From Oligoflexales bacterium (GTDB lineage Bacteria > Bdellovibrionota_B > Oligoflexia > Oligoflexales > RGVZ01), in the NCBI GenBank assembly GCA_044236265.1, contig JBIIGV010000012.1, forward strand, positions 1-40,152: a stretch of DNA of 40,152 nucleotides, given 5' to 3'. This document shows positions 9,294 through 19,266 of the stretch, piece by piece. The translations under genes were made by a program, and so were the position numbers. The notes under the pieces are model-generated. The model ran no database searches and was not told the origin of the DNA. It saw nothing but the letters and a program-made list of their open reading frames with translations. Position 1 is the stretch's first letter. Every line of letters starts with the position of its first letter.

Positions 9294-10142
9294 CTATTTT
9301 ATTTTCTTAGACTTATTTTTCCCATTTTTTGTAGCTTTTTCCGGTTTCTTACCCTCGTCGATGACCTCATTGGAAGAATCATTAGGCTCATTGCTTATGT
9401 CTTCTGAAGGTTGAGAAGCTTTTCTTGTCAATTTCGCGTATTGGCTGTGGTGATTAATCTCACCAACATTAATTCGCACACCAAAAGTTATTTGATCAAT
9501 AATCGCAGAGGATTGTCCCCCAAAACTGGAAACCATACTGTATTCTGCGGCAAACCAGCCTAGCATGACACCGAGCGCTCCACCAAACATGGGCGCACTT
9601 GTCAATTTGCTATTACTTTCTCCAGAATACTTCGACGATACCGTCCGATAAATAAAACGAGGTGTAAAATAAAACGCAGATGTCTCTGCGAAATCATAGG
9701 ACATATAAAAAGGCACTGATGTGTCGATGATAGTGATCTTGGCGGATGATGAAGAACCTTTGCTTCCAAATGACGTGTAATCCAATCCAAGACCGACTGC
9801 GGTTCCAAATGGTGTAGAAGCCCCATTCAGTGCATATTTTGTATCGAGGCCGATCGTACCAGGTATCAAAGCAAATCTGGCACCCGCATCCCACGAATCG
9901 CCAAATCCATGCCTGAAACCTCCTTCAAGAATTGGAATTCGGACCTTCTCAATGGCGGTCTGAATATCACTCTCGTCTGCATCACCACCTTTTTTCGTAA
10001 AGCGAACACCCTGCGAGCCTAGCGCGAAATAGGCAGCAGACTTACCTTTTTTCGTAGTTCTCGCAGTTTGCATCGATGTAAGTGTGGAACACCCATTGAC
10101 GCTCAAGACAAATCCTAAAACACTGATAAAACGAGTTAGCAT
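9294..10142 (-). CDS. Lipoprotein-signal protein with predicted beta-barrel and charged disordered tail
   Basis: Lipobox VNGC followed by SMQTART, amphipathic strands and a K/E-rich C-terminus. Confidence 0.75.
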   Translation of the reverse strand: MLTRFISVLGFVLSVNGCSTLTSMQTARTTKKGKSAAYFALGSQGVRFTKKGGDADESDIQTAIEKVRIPILEGGFRHGFGDSWDAGARFALIPGTIGLDTKYALNGASTPFGTAVGLGLDYTSFGSKGSSSSAKITIIDTSVPFYMSYDFAETSAFYFTPRFIYRTVSSKYSGESNSKLTSAPMFGGALGVMLGWFAAEYSMVSSFGGQSSAIIDQITFGVRINVGEINHHSQYAKLTRKASQPSEDISNEPNDSSNEVIDEGKKPEKATKNGKNKSKKIK

Positions 10143-10379
10143 GACAGTTGGCTTTCATGGAAAAATGAGATGCTCATATTGTAGCGTATTTGTTTGGACG
10201 GCAACAAAGAGACGATAAAAATTTTTTGGGCGGCTTCAATGGCACAGCGTGCTTTAATTCTGAAAATAAAAAAAATCGTTCGTTGTTTCTGATGATTCAA
10301 CGTTAACGTTTTTCTTTTTTTATAGACAAGGTAACTTCTACCTGGGACTCAAGTTAGCATATGAACTAGGACCAACCCG

Positions 10380-12710
10380 CTAATCACGCAGAAGCGGCAA
10401 CCCACCAGACGCTGGAAAGTACCACACCGTGTTAAAATCCCAAGCCGAGAAGAGTGGTCCTCCTGCTTGGATAAAGAATCTGCTATCGGATAATTCTGTG
10501 CAACCCGGATGGAAGCCCGTTCCTATACAGGTAAATAAGCTGCCACTAGGTTTTAGCCAGTATGAATTAATCATTGTACCCCAGTGATTAGTACCGAGAA
10601 ATCCACCCCGGTTACCGCCTGTCGGACTGGCAACAACTCCAGTGGAAAAGCTATCGTAGATGCCTACGCCATTACTACCCACAAGCCCACCCGTATGGTT
10701 TGAATTGGGAGAATTAACGGCACCCGTTGAGTAGGAACGGAATATAGTGCCAGATGTATATCCAACCAACCCACCGGCTGCGCCCCCAGTGGATGCTGTT
10801 GTAAGGTTGCCGGTGGCGTAACTATCCTCGATGGATTGTCCACCTCCCCAATTCAACGCTCCGACCAAGCCACCCAGCACGGCGCCTGTCGCGTGTTCGC
10901 TGGTGACATTGCCTGTCGCATAGCTTTTTTTAACCCGGAGGCATTCCCCGGAAGCACCCACAAGTCCGCCGACCCCAGCTCCGTACCCTTGATTCAAACC
11001 AGTCGTGCCGCGAGCAGTCACGTTTCCCGATGCGTGAGAATACTCGATGAGGCAAATAGATACTTGTGAGTAAATCCTGCCAATAAGTCCACCGACTTCA
11101 ATATTGGCGCTCACCGTAGCCGTCGAATACGAACGCGATACGGTTCCAGAATCGAGCCGGCCGAGAAGCCCCCCTGCAGCGATACCTTCTGCCGGATGTC
11201 CGGTCACGGTTCCGGAACTCCATGACCGGGTCAAGCTTGCGCCTCCGCGCATTTCACCTGCAATGCCTCCTACATGCGTCTTGCCAGACACCTCGATATC
11301 ATTGGCGTTGCTGTCGGTGATCGATGCGGCGCCTCCTATAAAATACCCGATGAAGCCCCCGACATAGTCCACTCCGCGCACACTGCCGTTGACAGAGACA
11401 TTTTGGATCGTCCCCAGGCTGAAACCCGCTACTCCGCCCACATTTTTCATGCCTTGGACATCAATATTCTCAAAACGGACGTTTTTCAGTACCGAGGACG
11501 CCGAGGCGTATCCAATGAAGCCAACATCGATCATAGGTGGCCGATTGATCGTCAGTCCGGAGATGCGATAACCTTGGCCGTCGAGGGAACCAGAAAACGG
11601 ACGCGATGTGTTCCCGAGAGGAGTCCATCCCGCCCCTTCATCCCATAACACGGTCGGGGAAGCATCGATGTTATTGGTCAAGACGAACGACGCCTCTGGA
11701 TATTTTGCTATGTTCTTCAGAGTCGCCAGATTGCAAATTTTGTAGGGCCAATCGGCCACGCCCAAACCGCCGCAGAACTCGCCCGCTTGGAGTGTGTCTC
11801 CCGAGACATCGTTATCGGGCTGGGGTAAGGTTTGCGGTTCGAGTTCCGGTGTCGGCTTCACAACCGCAATGACACCCTCATCACTCGCGGTAGTTTCGAC
11901 TGATGTTTTGAGCACGTCAACGAGTCCATTTGTAACAGACAATGACTCGTTGTTGTCGAGAACCCGATTTTCCCAGACGGAAAGACCGGCGCTCAAGGTG
12001 GTCGCAGAAACACCTGCCAGGCGAGCAAGTCGAATCTCCTCTTTAATCAGGGCTGAAACGATGGTGGCCAGAGCCGGGGTCTTCGTGCCCCCGTCTTTGG
12101 CACCGCTGATCAGGGAACGAGCGGTGGCGTATCGAAGGGTCTTTCGACAGTTGCTCGGTGGCTGGCCGCCACGAATCAAAATCAGTTCCTGATAGACCTG
12201 AGGAGCAAACTCTTCCAACTGCCGGGACTTCATAAATAGTGATTCGAAAAGTTTTCCAAGATGTGACGCCATGGACGATGAATACGTAACCCGTGAACAC
12301 GAGTCGAGAATGATTCCGCCCACGAAGTCGTTGAGCCCAGTCACCGTTGTCAGTAAAAAGGCCACACGCAGGGATTGGGCCTCAAGGACGCCGGGCTGTT
12401 TCGCCTTTTGGACAATGCGAGTCAAAATCAGTCCAATGTCGTCTGGGGACCAGGGAGCTTGCGCGTTCGAGAGCCTGACCCCGATGACTTCGTTGGCCGC
12501 ACTCAGGATTTGATCAAGGTGTTCCGGCTTGATTGGATACGACTGGAATCGCAGCCTGAGGAACGCTTTCAGTTGGTCCACGTCAGTCAGGGGATCAAGA
12601 CCAACGGCAGGCTTACTCGATGGCTGAATATTCGTAGTAACATTCGTCCGGCAGGCGACAAAAGCCAGCGTGGCGACAAGAGCGGTAATGATAAGGCGCG
12701 ATATCCGCAA
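10380..12710 (-). CDS. GLUG-repeat surface lipoprotein (helical N-domain, Pro linker, GLUG beta-helix)
   Basis: Lipobox FVAC, then GLGVADWPYKI...WTPLG...FSGSLDGQGYRISGL and many VGGLVG / SYATGNV repeats, ending in WDFNTVW...PLL. Starts 9 nt after the upstream stop. Confidence 0.88.
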   Translation of the reverse strand: MRISRLIITALVATLAFVACRTNVTTNIQPSSKPAVGLDPLTDVDQLKAFLRLRFQSYPIKPEHLDQILSAANEVIGVRLSNAQAPWSPDDIGLILTRIVQKAKQPGVLEAQSLRVAFLLTTVTGLNDFVGGIILDSCSRVTYSSSMASHLGKLFESLFMKSRQLEEFAPQVYQELILIRGGQPPSNCRKTLRYATARSLISGAKDGGTKTPALATIVSALIKEEIRLARLAGVSATTLSAGLSVWENRVLDNNESLSVTNGLVDVLKTSVETTASDEGVIAVVKPTPELEPQTLPQPDNDVSGDTLQAGEFCGGLGVADWPYKICNLATLKNIAKYPEASFVLTNNIDASPTVLWDEGAGWTPLGNTSRPFSGSLDGQGYRISGLTINRPPMIDVGFIGYASASSVLKNVRFENIDVQGMKNVGGVAGFSLGTIQNVSVNGSVRGVDYVGGFIGYFIGGAASITDSNANDIEVSGKTHVGGIAGEMRGGASLTRSWSSGTVTGHPAEGIAAGGLLGRLDSGTVSRSYSTATVSANIEVGGLIGRIYSQVSICLIEYSHASGNVTARGTTGLNQGYGAGVGGLVGASGECLRVKKSYATGNVTSEHATGAVLGGLVGALNWGGGQSIEDSYATGNLTTASTGGAAGGLVGYTSGTIFRSYSTGAVNSPNSNHTGGLVGSNGVGIYDSFSTGVVASPTGGNRGGFLGTNHWGTMINSYWLKPSGSLFTCIGTGFHPGCTELSDSRFFIQAGGPLFSAWDFNTVWYFPASGGLPLLRD

Positions 12711-12719
12711 AAGGCCCCC

Positions 12720-15700
12720 TTACATGCCCAGGACCACAAAGACCCGGCCACGCCTTGGGCCACCTGCGTTTGCCCAGGGTTCGCCGATTAAGAAATCGTC
12801 GCGACCATCGCTGTTAATATCCCCAAGTGAGGATACAGCGCGGCCGAGGGCACTGTTTAATTCCGTGCCTGTATAGGGCGGTAGCGGATTGAAGGCAAAG
12901 CCGGTGGCAGCTTCTTGTCCGGAATAGACGAGGAATCTTCCCCTACCGGTGGTGTTCATAGGCCCGGTGACGACAAAGTCGTCGCGTCCGTCGCCATTGT
13001 AGTCCCCTATTCCGGCGATACCTCTTCCCCACTGTTCACCGGCAGATCCTGTTACGGTAAAGAATCCCGAGGTGATAGAAGTACTGGTCGTGGTTGGAAT
13101 TGAATAAACATAGAAGGCGCCCGTGCTAGCGCTGCCGCCGCCCGGAGATCCCACCAACAAGTCGAGCCTGCGATCATCGGTCACCCTGCCCGCGACTGCG
13201 AGTGTTGATCCGGTTCGCCAGTTGGCTGTTGTAACGGGTTGAATCGGGGCGCCACTGGCGACGGTGTAGTAACGGTTGGCGATAAGCCAATCCAAGGCGG
13301 TTCTGCCCTTAAGGATATACACTCCACCCGCGTTGGGTGCTGCCACAGTGCCATATCCCGGAGCGCCTATTGCAACTTCTGCATAGGTATCATTGTCCAG
13401 GTCAATCGCCAGCACGGAGAAGCCGACGTGATCGTAGCTGGCTGCTCCGGGGGTCAAGCTGCCCGTATTCAACGTTGCTACACTATTAAATGGACCTGTA
13501 TTGCCGTCAAACATGTAAACGGCACCAAGTTCAGGCGTCGTAGCTCCGGGGCTGTTAGGCTCGCCGACCACGACATCCCAGTTTGGCGCTCCTAATGCAG
13601 TCGTCATGATCTTGCCCGCCGTAACCGAAAAACCAAACGACGCGTTGGGGGAGTTTGATCCGGACAACGTAGCCAGCAGTTCAGCGCCGTTGGAAAGCGC
13701 TGCCGCTGCTTGACAAGCGGAAGTCAGGTTATAAACGTATGCCCTGCCGGCTCCAGACGTCCCGCCTCCTGGTTCGCCGATCACAATTCCCCCAGCAGCG
13801 CCACTAAGATTGACTGCGGACATGGAATAGCCAAACAGGCCCTCTGGCTGGGGTGACGGTGATGAGATCGTGCACAAAGGGGTGCTCATGTTGGCCGCGG
13901 TATAAATAAAGACCTTACCGGAATGGGGTGTTGATCCAGTCGCGGAAGGAGCGGCCACCGCGAATTCTGGCCCGGTGACGCCGTCGATGTTACCAAGGCT
14001 AACGATGGTCGAACCAAATTCCATGTTGTCATCGGGCCCGTGAAGGACGTTTTGGAAAGAGCGCGTGACGTTATAAGTGAACGCATTGCTCGCGGAAGCG
14101 CTTTGCGAGTCAGCATTATACAACGTCAAAGTCACGGCACCTGCGGAGGCGGCCGGAACCGTGCATGTTGCCAAAGATGACGATACAATCTGTGGATTCG
14201 TGCAGCTTGCGAAAACGTTGGAGGAGCTTCTAAGCGTGATGAGGGGCGACGGGTTAGACGCGTCAAAACCCGATCCAATGACGCTAAGCTTGGTTTCGCC
14301 ACCTACCCATCCCGTCGAGGGCGAAACGGAACTGATGATCGGCGCGTAGCCGAGAAAATAGGCGAAGGCATTGGCAACTGGGGTTGTCATGGTTCCGCCG
14401 TCTGGATTTAAGACGTTCACGCTGAAGGATCCATAGGCTCCGGGCGGGGTGACGCAGGTCAAGGTCGTGGCGCTGACAAACGTGGTCGGACAGTTGATGG
14501 TATTCATGTTTGTCGCAGAAAACTGGACTAAAGATCCTTGCATGAAATTGGATCCTAAAACCGTAACGGAGGTGCCACCGATGACGGGACCAGTGTTAGG
14601 AGTGACGAAAGTGACTGTCGGTCTTTGGCCGTTGGAGTAGCTGAATACTCCTGATGCTCCTGAACCGAAAGAGCCGTCTGGGTTGATCACGTTGATGATT
14701 TTCGCACCATATGTGCCGGGCGGGGTTAGGCATGTCAACTGCGTGGCCGACAGCACCGTGGTTGTCATGCAGTTGGCCAAATTCCCTGCGGCGGTACCAA
14801 TTTGGGCGATCGCTCCTGTTTGAAAGTTCGAACCATTGACCGTGATTAGGGTGTTGCCCGAAATGGGACCCCAGTTCGGTGCAGCCGACGTGACCGTCGG
14901 CGTGTAGGGAGTGTTGTAGGCAAAAGCGTTGGCGAGAGCTGCGCCGGTCTGGCCATCCGGATTGACGACGTTGATCGAACGTTGACCAAAATTTCCCGGA
15001 GGCGTTGTGCAGGTCAGGGTGGTAGCGTTAACGAAGGTGGTATCAAGACAGGTGACTGTGACGGTACCCCCGATTAAAACGGTCGCGCCGGCCACGAAAT
15101 TAGCGCCTCGAATCGTCAGCGGGGTGCCACCGGCGCTCGGCCCACTGTTGGGATCGACGAAGGAAATCGACGGGGGAAAGCCGTTGGTGTAGTTGAATAC
15201 GTTGTTACCAGTACCGACTGTGGACGTCCCGTTTGGGTTCCTGACTCCGATGGATTTAGCGCCGATCGTACCGACTGGGGTAATGCAAGATAGCTCCGAC
15301 GAACTTAAGCGCGTCAGACTCGCACAGGCGATGCCGTCAATCGTGACTTTGACTCCCGTTTGGAATGACGAACCACGAATCACAACCACGGTCCCGCCTG
15401 CCAAGGATCCAAAGTTTGGGCTGACCGAGGTAATCACGGGATTGGATGTGACCGAATAAGTGAAGCCTTCCGTTAATGTACCTGAAAGAGCGTTGGGATT
15501 GGTGACGACAACATCTTGAACACCGGCTTCGCCAGCGGGGGTCGTGCAAGTGATCGACTTGCTGCTAACGAACGTCGTACCGTTACAATTTGTTCCGCCA
15601 ATGGTCACAGTCGCTCCGTTGGCGAAATTGGTGCCCGTGATGGTGACGGCAGTCGCTCCTGCGATGGCGCCAAATGTGGGAGAGATCGCCGTAACGTTTG

Positions 15701-16865
15701 GCGCCGAGATCGCATTGTAAGAATATCCAGCATTCAATTGCCCCACCTGCCCGTCGGGATTTGTCACGGTAACCGTCACGTTGCCCGCCGCGTGAGCGGG
15801 CACAACGCAGGTCAAGGTGTCAGCCGCGGAAAACGTGGTGCTTGTGCACACAGAGGTGTCAAATCTAACCACCGCGCCGTTGACAAAATTGTTTCCAATA
15901 ACTGTGACAATATCGCCGCCAGCGATACTGCCGCTGGATGGCACAATCTGCGCGACCAACGGTGACGCGACGAATGTGAATCCACTCGCCAACGATCCTT
16001 GCTGCCCGCTCCCATCGACAACTGTCACAGTCTTTGTTCCGCTAGATCCGGCGGCGGTTGTGCATGAGACTTTGTATTCACTGTCAACGGTCATGCTGCC
16101 GCATACGCTCGAGCCGATCAGGACGGTGACTCCCTCGTGCATTCCGCTGCCAATGACTTCGACTGCAGTACCCCCAGCGACGGGACCCTGAGATGGCGAC
16201 ACCGAGGTAACCAAAGGCGGTGCGAAGACCGTGTAGGCAGATTCAAGAATGGCTTTGTCTCCGTTCACGTTCGTGACCGTAACCGAAAAACTGCCGACAC
16301 CGTTTTTTTCAGGAGCCGTGCAAGTGAGTGACGCGGCGTTATTCAAGCTAACATCGGTACATCCACCAGAGCCAATCATGACGGATGCCCCCGGCCCGAA
16401 CCCCTTTCCGGTGATGGTGACGCGTGTGCCGCCGTCGGCACGACCGATCGCGGGCGTGATCGATTCAAGGGCCAAGGGGTCAAGGTAATCGAAGCCGGAG
16501 CGAATCATGTAGTAACGCGTACCCTTGAGTTTGATTTCGATATCTTTTTCACCCAAGGTTCCAGCGGGTGTTTCGCATGAAATCAGGTCGCGCGCATCGA
16601 ATTCGGCCTTGGTGCATGCAACGCCACCGATCAGAATTGTCGGCAGCTCCGAGATCGAGAGCCCCGAGATCGAGATACGCTGTCCCCCTGTAGTTGTGCC
16701 GAATGCAGGGGACACGGTGACCTTGAGGTTGGCGCCTGATGCGCCACCTGAATTGGAGGATGTTGACTCGACGCTCGGCGTGCAACTGAACCACACCAAA
16801 GAAACCATGATAAAAATTGAGCCTGCGCGAGCGCCAAACCGAATGGGACTGAAAAACTTATTCAT
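12720..16865 (-). CDS. Large lipoprotein adhesin: 10 IPT/TIG domains plus C-terminal FG-GAP (integrin-alpha-like) beta-propeller
   Basis: Lipobox WFSC. Ten repeats of (I/V)xxVxPxxGxxxGGTxVxxxGxxF, each with a Cys pair. C-terminal FG/GAP/GEP motifs with DLDNDTYAE, GDYNGDGRDD and GDINSDGRDD Ca-binding loops. ATG 16865 is preferred over TTG 16892. Confidence 0.93.
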   Translation of the reverse strand: MNKFFSPIRFGARAGSIFIMVSLVWFSCTPSVESTSSNSGGASGANLKVTVSPAFGTTTGGQRISISGLSISELPTILIGGVACTKAEFDARDLISCETPAGTLGEKDIEIKLKGTRYYMIRSGFDYLDPLALESITPAIGRADGGTRVTITGKGFGPGASVMIGSGGCTDVSLNNAASLTCTAPEKNGVGSFSVTVTNVNGDKAILESAYTVFAPPLVTSVSPSQGPVAGGTAVEVIGSGMHEGVTVLIGSSVCGSMTVDSEYKVSCTTAAGSSGTKTVTVVDGSGQQGSLASGFTFVASPLVAQIVPSSGSIAGGDIVTVIGNNFVNGAVVRFDTSVCTSTTFSAADTLTCVVPAHAAGNVTVTVTNPDGQVGQLNAGYSYNAISAPNVTAISPTFGAIAGATAVTITGTNFANGATVTIGGTNCNGTTFVSSKSITCTTPAGEAGVQDVVVTNPNALSGTLTEGFTYSVTSNPVITSVSPNFGSLAGGTVVVIRGSSFQTGVKVTIDGIACASLTRLSSSELSCITPVGTIGAKSIGVRNPNGTSTVGTGNNVFNYTNGFPPSISFVDPNSGPSAGGTPLTIRGANFVAGATVLIGGTVTVTCLDTTFVNATTLTCTTPPGNFGQRSINVVNPDGQTGAALANAFAYNTPYTPTVTSAAPNWGPISGNTLITVNGSNFQTGAIAQIGTAAGNLANCMTTTVLSATQLTCLTPPGTYGAKIINVINPDGSFGSGASGVFSYSNGQRPTVTFVTPNTGPVIGGTSVTVLGSNFMQGSLVQFSATNMNTINCPTTFVSATTLTCVTPPGAYGSFSVNVLNPDGGTMTTPVANAFAYFLGYAPIISSVSPSTGWVGGETKLSVIGSGFDASNPSPLITLRSSSNVFASCTNPQIVSSSLATCTVPAASAGAVTLTLYNADSQSASASNAFTYNVTRSFQNVLHGPDDNMEFGSTIVSLGNIDGVTGPEFAVAAPSATGSTPHSGKVFIYTAANMSTPLCTISSPSPQPEGLFGYSMSAVNLSGAAGGIVIGEPGGGTSGAGRAYVYNLTSACQAAAALSNGAELLATLSGSNSPNASFGFSVTAGKIMTTALGAPNWDVVVGEPNSPGATTPELGAVYMFDGNTGPFNSVATLNTGSLTPGAASYDHVGFSVLAIDLDNDTYAEVAIGAPGYGTVAAPNAGGVYILKGRTALDWLIANRYYTVASGAPIQPVTTANWRTGSTLAVAGRVTDDRRLDLLVGSPGGGSASTGAFYVYSIPTTTSTSITSGFFTVTGSAGEQWGRGIAGIGDYNGDGRDDFVVTGPMNTTGRGRFLVYSGQEAATGFAFNPLPPYTGTELNSALGRAVSSLGDINSDGRDDFLIGEPWANAGGPRRGRVFVVLGM

Positions 16866-16922
16866 GAAACCATCCCCACACTGAGTAAGCAAAAATCTAG
16901 AGGTCTCTCGTCTCTGTTTGAG

Positions 16923-16949
16923 ATATCGGTGGGTTGTGGCAAAACTTAA
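16923..16949 (-). promoter_or_regulatory. Putative sigma28-type promoter of the IPT/FG-GAP-GLUG operon
   Basis: Minus strand TTAAG-N14-ACCGATAT. Confidence 0.6.
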
Positions 16950-17248
16950 GTGAAACCACTATGCTTGATAATGGTCTGATTTTATGGACTTTTTGTAATT
17001 TTTGAACGAAGTTTTTTGAAATGCGAGAGGCTAATGATTCAAAACAGAAGGAACTCAAATTATTAAGCCAAATGAATATGTAAGGTACTGGGGTAACTCA
17101 TACTCGGCAGGAAAATTTAATGCAATCACACTGCGGTGAGCTTCTCTAGTATCTTTGTCGTCATCAACGCATGCTGCTTTCGAACCAAATGTCAGCAAAC
17201 TAATACGTTCCGCCACGCACCATGCGCCTCCAACCACGCGTGTGAAGC

Positions 17249-17794
17249 TTAGAAACCCGAAGCTGGTTTCGGCGCCATATTGGGCACTTTTACAACTGGC
17301 ACAGAGCATCGGCATCGTTCTTCTGTCAATGATGAGCCAAACTCATTGACCTCGATATGCGTAAATTGTTGGCATTTCTCCCCGGGTACACAAGCATTGC
17401 AAGCTTCGCAAGGAACCATGCATTTGTTCTTCACGTCGTTATTTCTCTGATCAAACCGCATAATTTTTTTATACATAATGCATTGAACTTTTACTCCTCT
17501 GATGGTTACCGAGCCACATCCAAAGAACAATTTTGGATCATCGCAATCGATCCTCCCACAACTTAAATTGGCAAAAGGGCCCTTATTAATGTCCCATTTA
17601 GGCCCGAATTGCGTTGGCTCAGAAGTCGCGCCCGGCCTCGAAGAGGTGGGTAAAGAAGAACTAGAAGATAAAGACAAACCTTCTCCTGAGATCTGATCGA
17701 TAGCTGGCTTTGGCTGATCACTCGAAGTTTTGCAGGAAGTCGAAGCAATAAAGATTGATCCTAATAAAAGCAAAGTCGCTAGAGGTCTTCTCAT
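17249..17794 (-). CDS. Cysteine-rich lipoprotein
   Basis: Lipobox STSC, Ser/Pro linker and 11 Cys in the C-terminal ~100 aa. GGAG RBS. Confidence 0.75.
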   Translation of the reverse strand: MRRPLATLLLLGSIFIASTSCKTSSDQPKPAIDQISGEGLSLSSSSSLPTSSRPGATSEPTQFGPKWDINKGPFANLSCGRIDCDDPKLFFGCGSVTIRGVKVQCIMYKKIMRFDQRNNDVKNKCMVPCEACNACVPGEKCQQFTHIEVNEFGSSLTEERCRCSVPVVKVPNMAPKPASGF

Positions 17795-18175
17795 TATCTA
17801 TCTCCATGATAGTTTAGCATTCGATACATTTTTAATTAGACCCTAATTATAGCGGATTCAGCCATTGGATGCCAAAAACCAGCAACTAGTAATCATAAAA
17901 TAAAGATTGTTCAAAAAAAATCGCGGGCAGTTAGCTCTACTGAAAACACCGACTCTCTTCAGGCCGCTGAACGAAGTAAACCACCGGTCTTTAAAAAAAA
18001 TAGACCTGATGATCCGCAATTCTAACGCGATTCGACCTGCCCAACTTCTTAAGTAAGTAGAACGCGTGTTGCAGACTCAACTTCGAGCTTCCCTGGCGCA
18101 ACGAAGCCAAGTCATGCTGACACGCCGTGAAATCAGGTTAATAGCCACGTCCTATCAGGGCATGCGACGTGGTCA

Positions 18176-19108
18176 TCACTGACATGGGATGAATGGCACC
18201 ATCGGAGATGATCCTTGTACTGCCGATAGCCCTGTTGCAAATTCACACCAATCGGATTTCGCTTGCATTTTATCACCAGCATGAAATTTTTCTATTTTTT
18301 TGGCAGTATGTGTGTACTGAATCGTTCGTAGGGATACATCCTCCTCTGCAAAAGCAGCCTGCATGCCTTCTGAGTGTTTCATACGATCATCGATAAATAT
18401 AATGGCATCGAAGTCTTGACCAATTTTGGTGAGAAGTGTTCTGAGCATGATGCCTTTGTGCTGTCCGGCAGTTAGAAAAATCCCGTGTTCGTATGACACG
18501 TCGGAAGCCTCTTTTAGCTGAAACTTCTCCACATCCGACCGAGTGAGTCCTGAATCTTCAAGATATCTTAAATCATACGGCTTAAATGTGCCGGAAAAAC
18601 CATTTTTCGGCCCTGGTGCGTAAGCCGCATATGGGAAGCCATTGCGAGAAAGCTCCCGCTCCGTTGAGTCGTGCATGTTCATGTCGCGGCTAGTGAGCGC
18701 CAACATTTTAACTCCTTGTTTTCCAAATTTTTGAAGGTCCAGAGGAATTCTTGCCTCAACAGGCCTCATATTTGATTGATGGATGATGAGAGATTGCAGA
18801 AACAACAGGTCAGGAACATTGCGAGCGACAGCTCCATCCTTAAAATTACTTTCGGTAATTAGTTTCGACTGCCACAGAAACCAATGTTCACTGCCAAGGT
18901 CACGCGTAGTTTCCATCGTTGTGTTGTCGATATCGAGCGCTAGCAGAACTCGCTTTGCTCCATAAGATTGCACCGCATCTGCGATGATTCCGCTGACCTC
19001 CTCAAATTCATTGGTCGTGATATGGGGTTCGTTTCTCGCGGCGGCTGGTCGCGGGGTTAAAAGAACGGCGCCAAGGGTCAGGGCTGAAAAAAGGCGTAGT
19101 AAGGTCAT
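18176..19108 (-). CDS. Exported DUF2608-like / HAD-superfamily protein
   Basis: Signal peptide, with LDIDNT (motif I), ALTSR (II), KG (III) and IIFIDD (IV). Confidence 0.8.
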   Translation of the reverse strand: MTLLRLFSALTLGAVLLTPRPAAARNEPHITTNEFEEVSGIIADAVQSYGAKRVLLALDIDNTTMETTRDLGSEHWFLWQSKLITESNFKDGAVARNVPDLLFLQSLIIHQSNMRPVEARIPLDLQKFGKQGVKMLALTSRDMNMHDSTERELSRNGFPYAAYAPGPKNGFSGTFKPYDLRYLEDSGLTRSDVEKFQLKEASDVSYEHGIFLTAGQHKGIMLRTLLTKIGQDFDAIIFIDDRMKHSEGMQAAFAEEDVSLRTIQYTHTAKKIEKFHAGDKMQAKSDWCEFATGLSAVQGSSPMVPFIPCQ

Positions 19109-19229
19109 GGCTATCTCCTAGTTAGCTAAAATCATTGATATTTATTGTCGTCTATGTCGCCGTAACTTCGGCTTGACCTGTTTATATCAAAGACGCAAAA
19201 TTTAGAAAAACTTATAAATTTAACTATGA

Positions 19230-19248
19230 TATTAAGATAAACTTAATA
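19230..19248. promoter_or_regulatory. LysR-type operator palindrome
   Basis: TATTAAG-N5-CTTAATA contains T-N11-A and lies between the divergent DUF2608 and LysR genes. Confidence 0.55.
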
Positions 19249-19266
19249 GCTTGAGGATAGCCTCCA

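Noticed and set aside
9079..9414. 111-aa plus-strand ORF and open minus-strand stretch in the 8957-9293 gap
   Set aside because: No RBS or recognisable domain, and it partly overlaps the real minus-strand gene.
17055..17315. Possible frameshifted continuation of the Cys-rich lipoprotein
   Set aside because: There is no slippery site, RBS or recognisable motif, and the upstream ORF ends plausibly.
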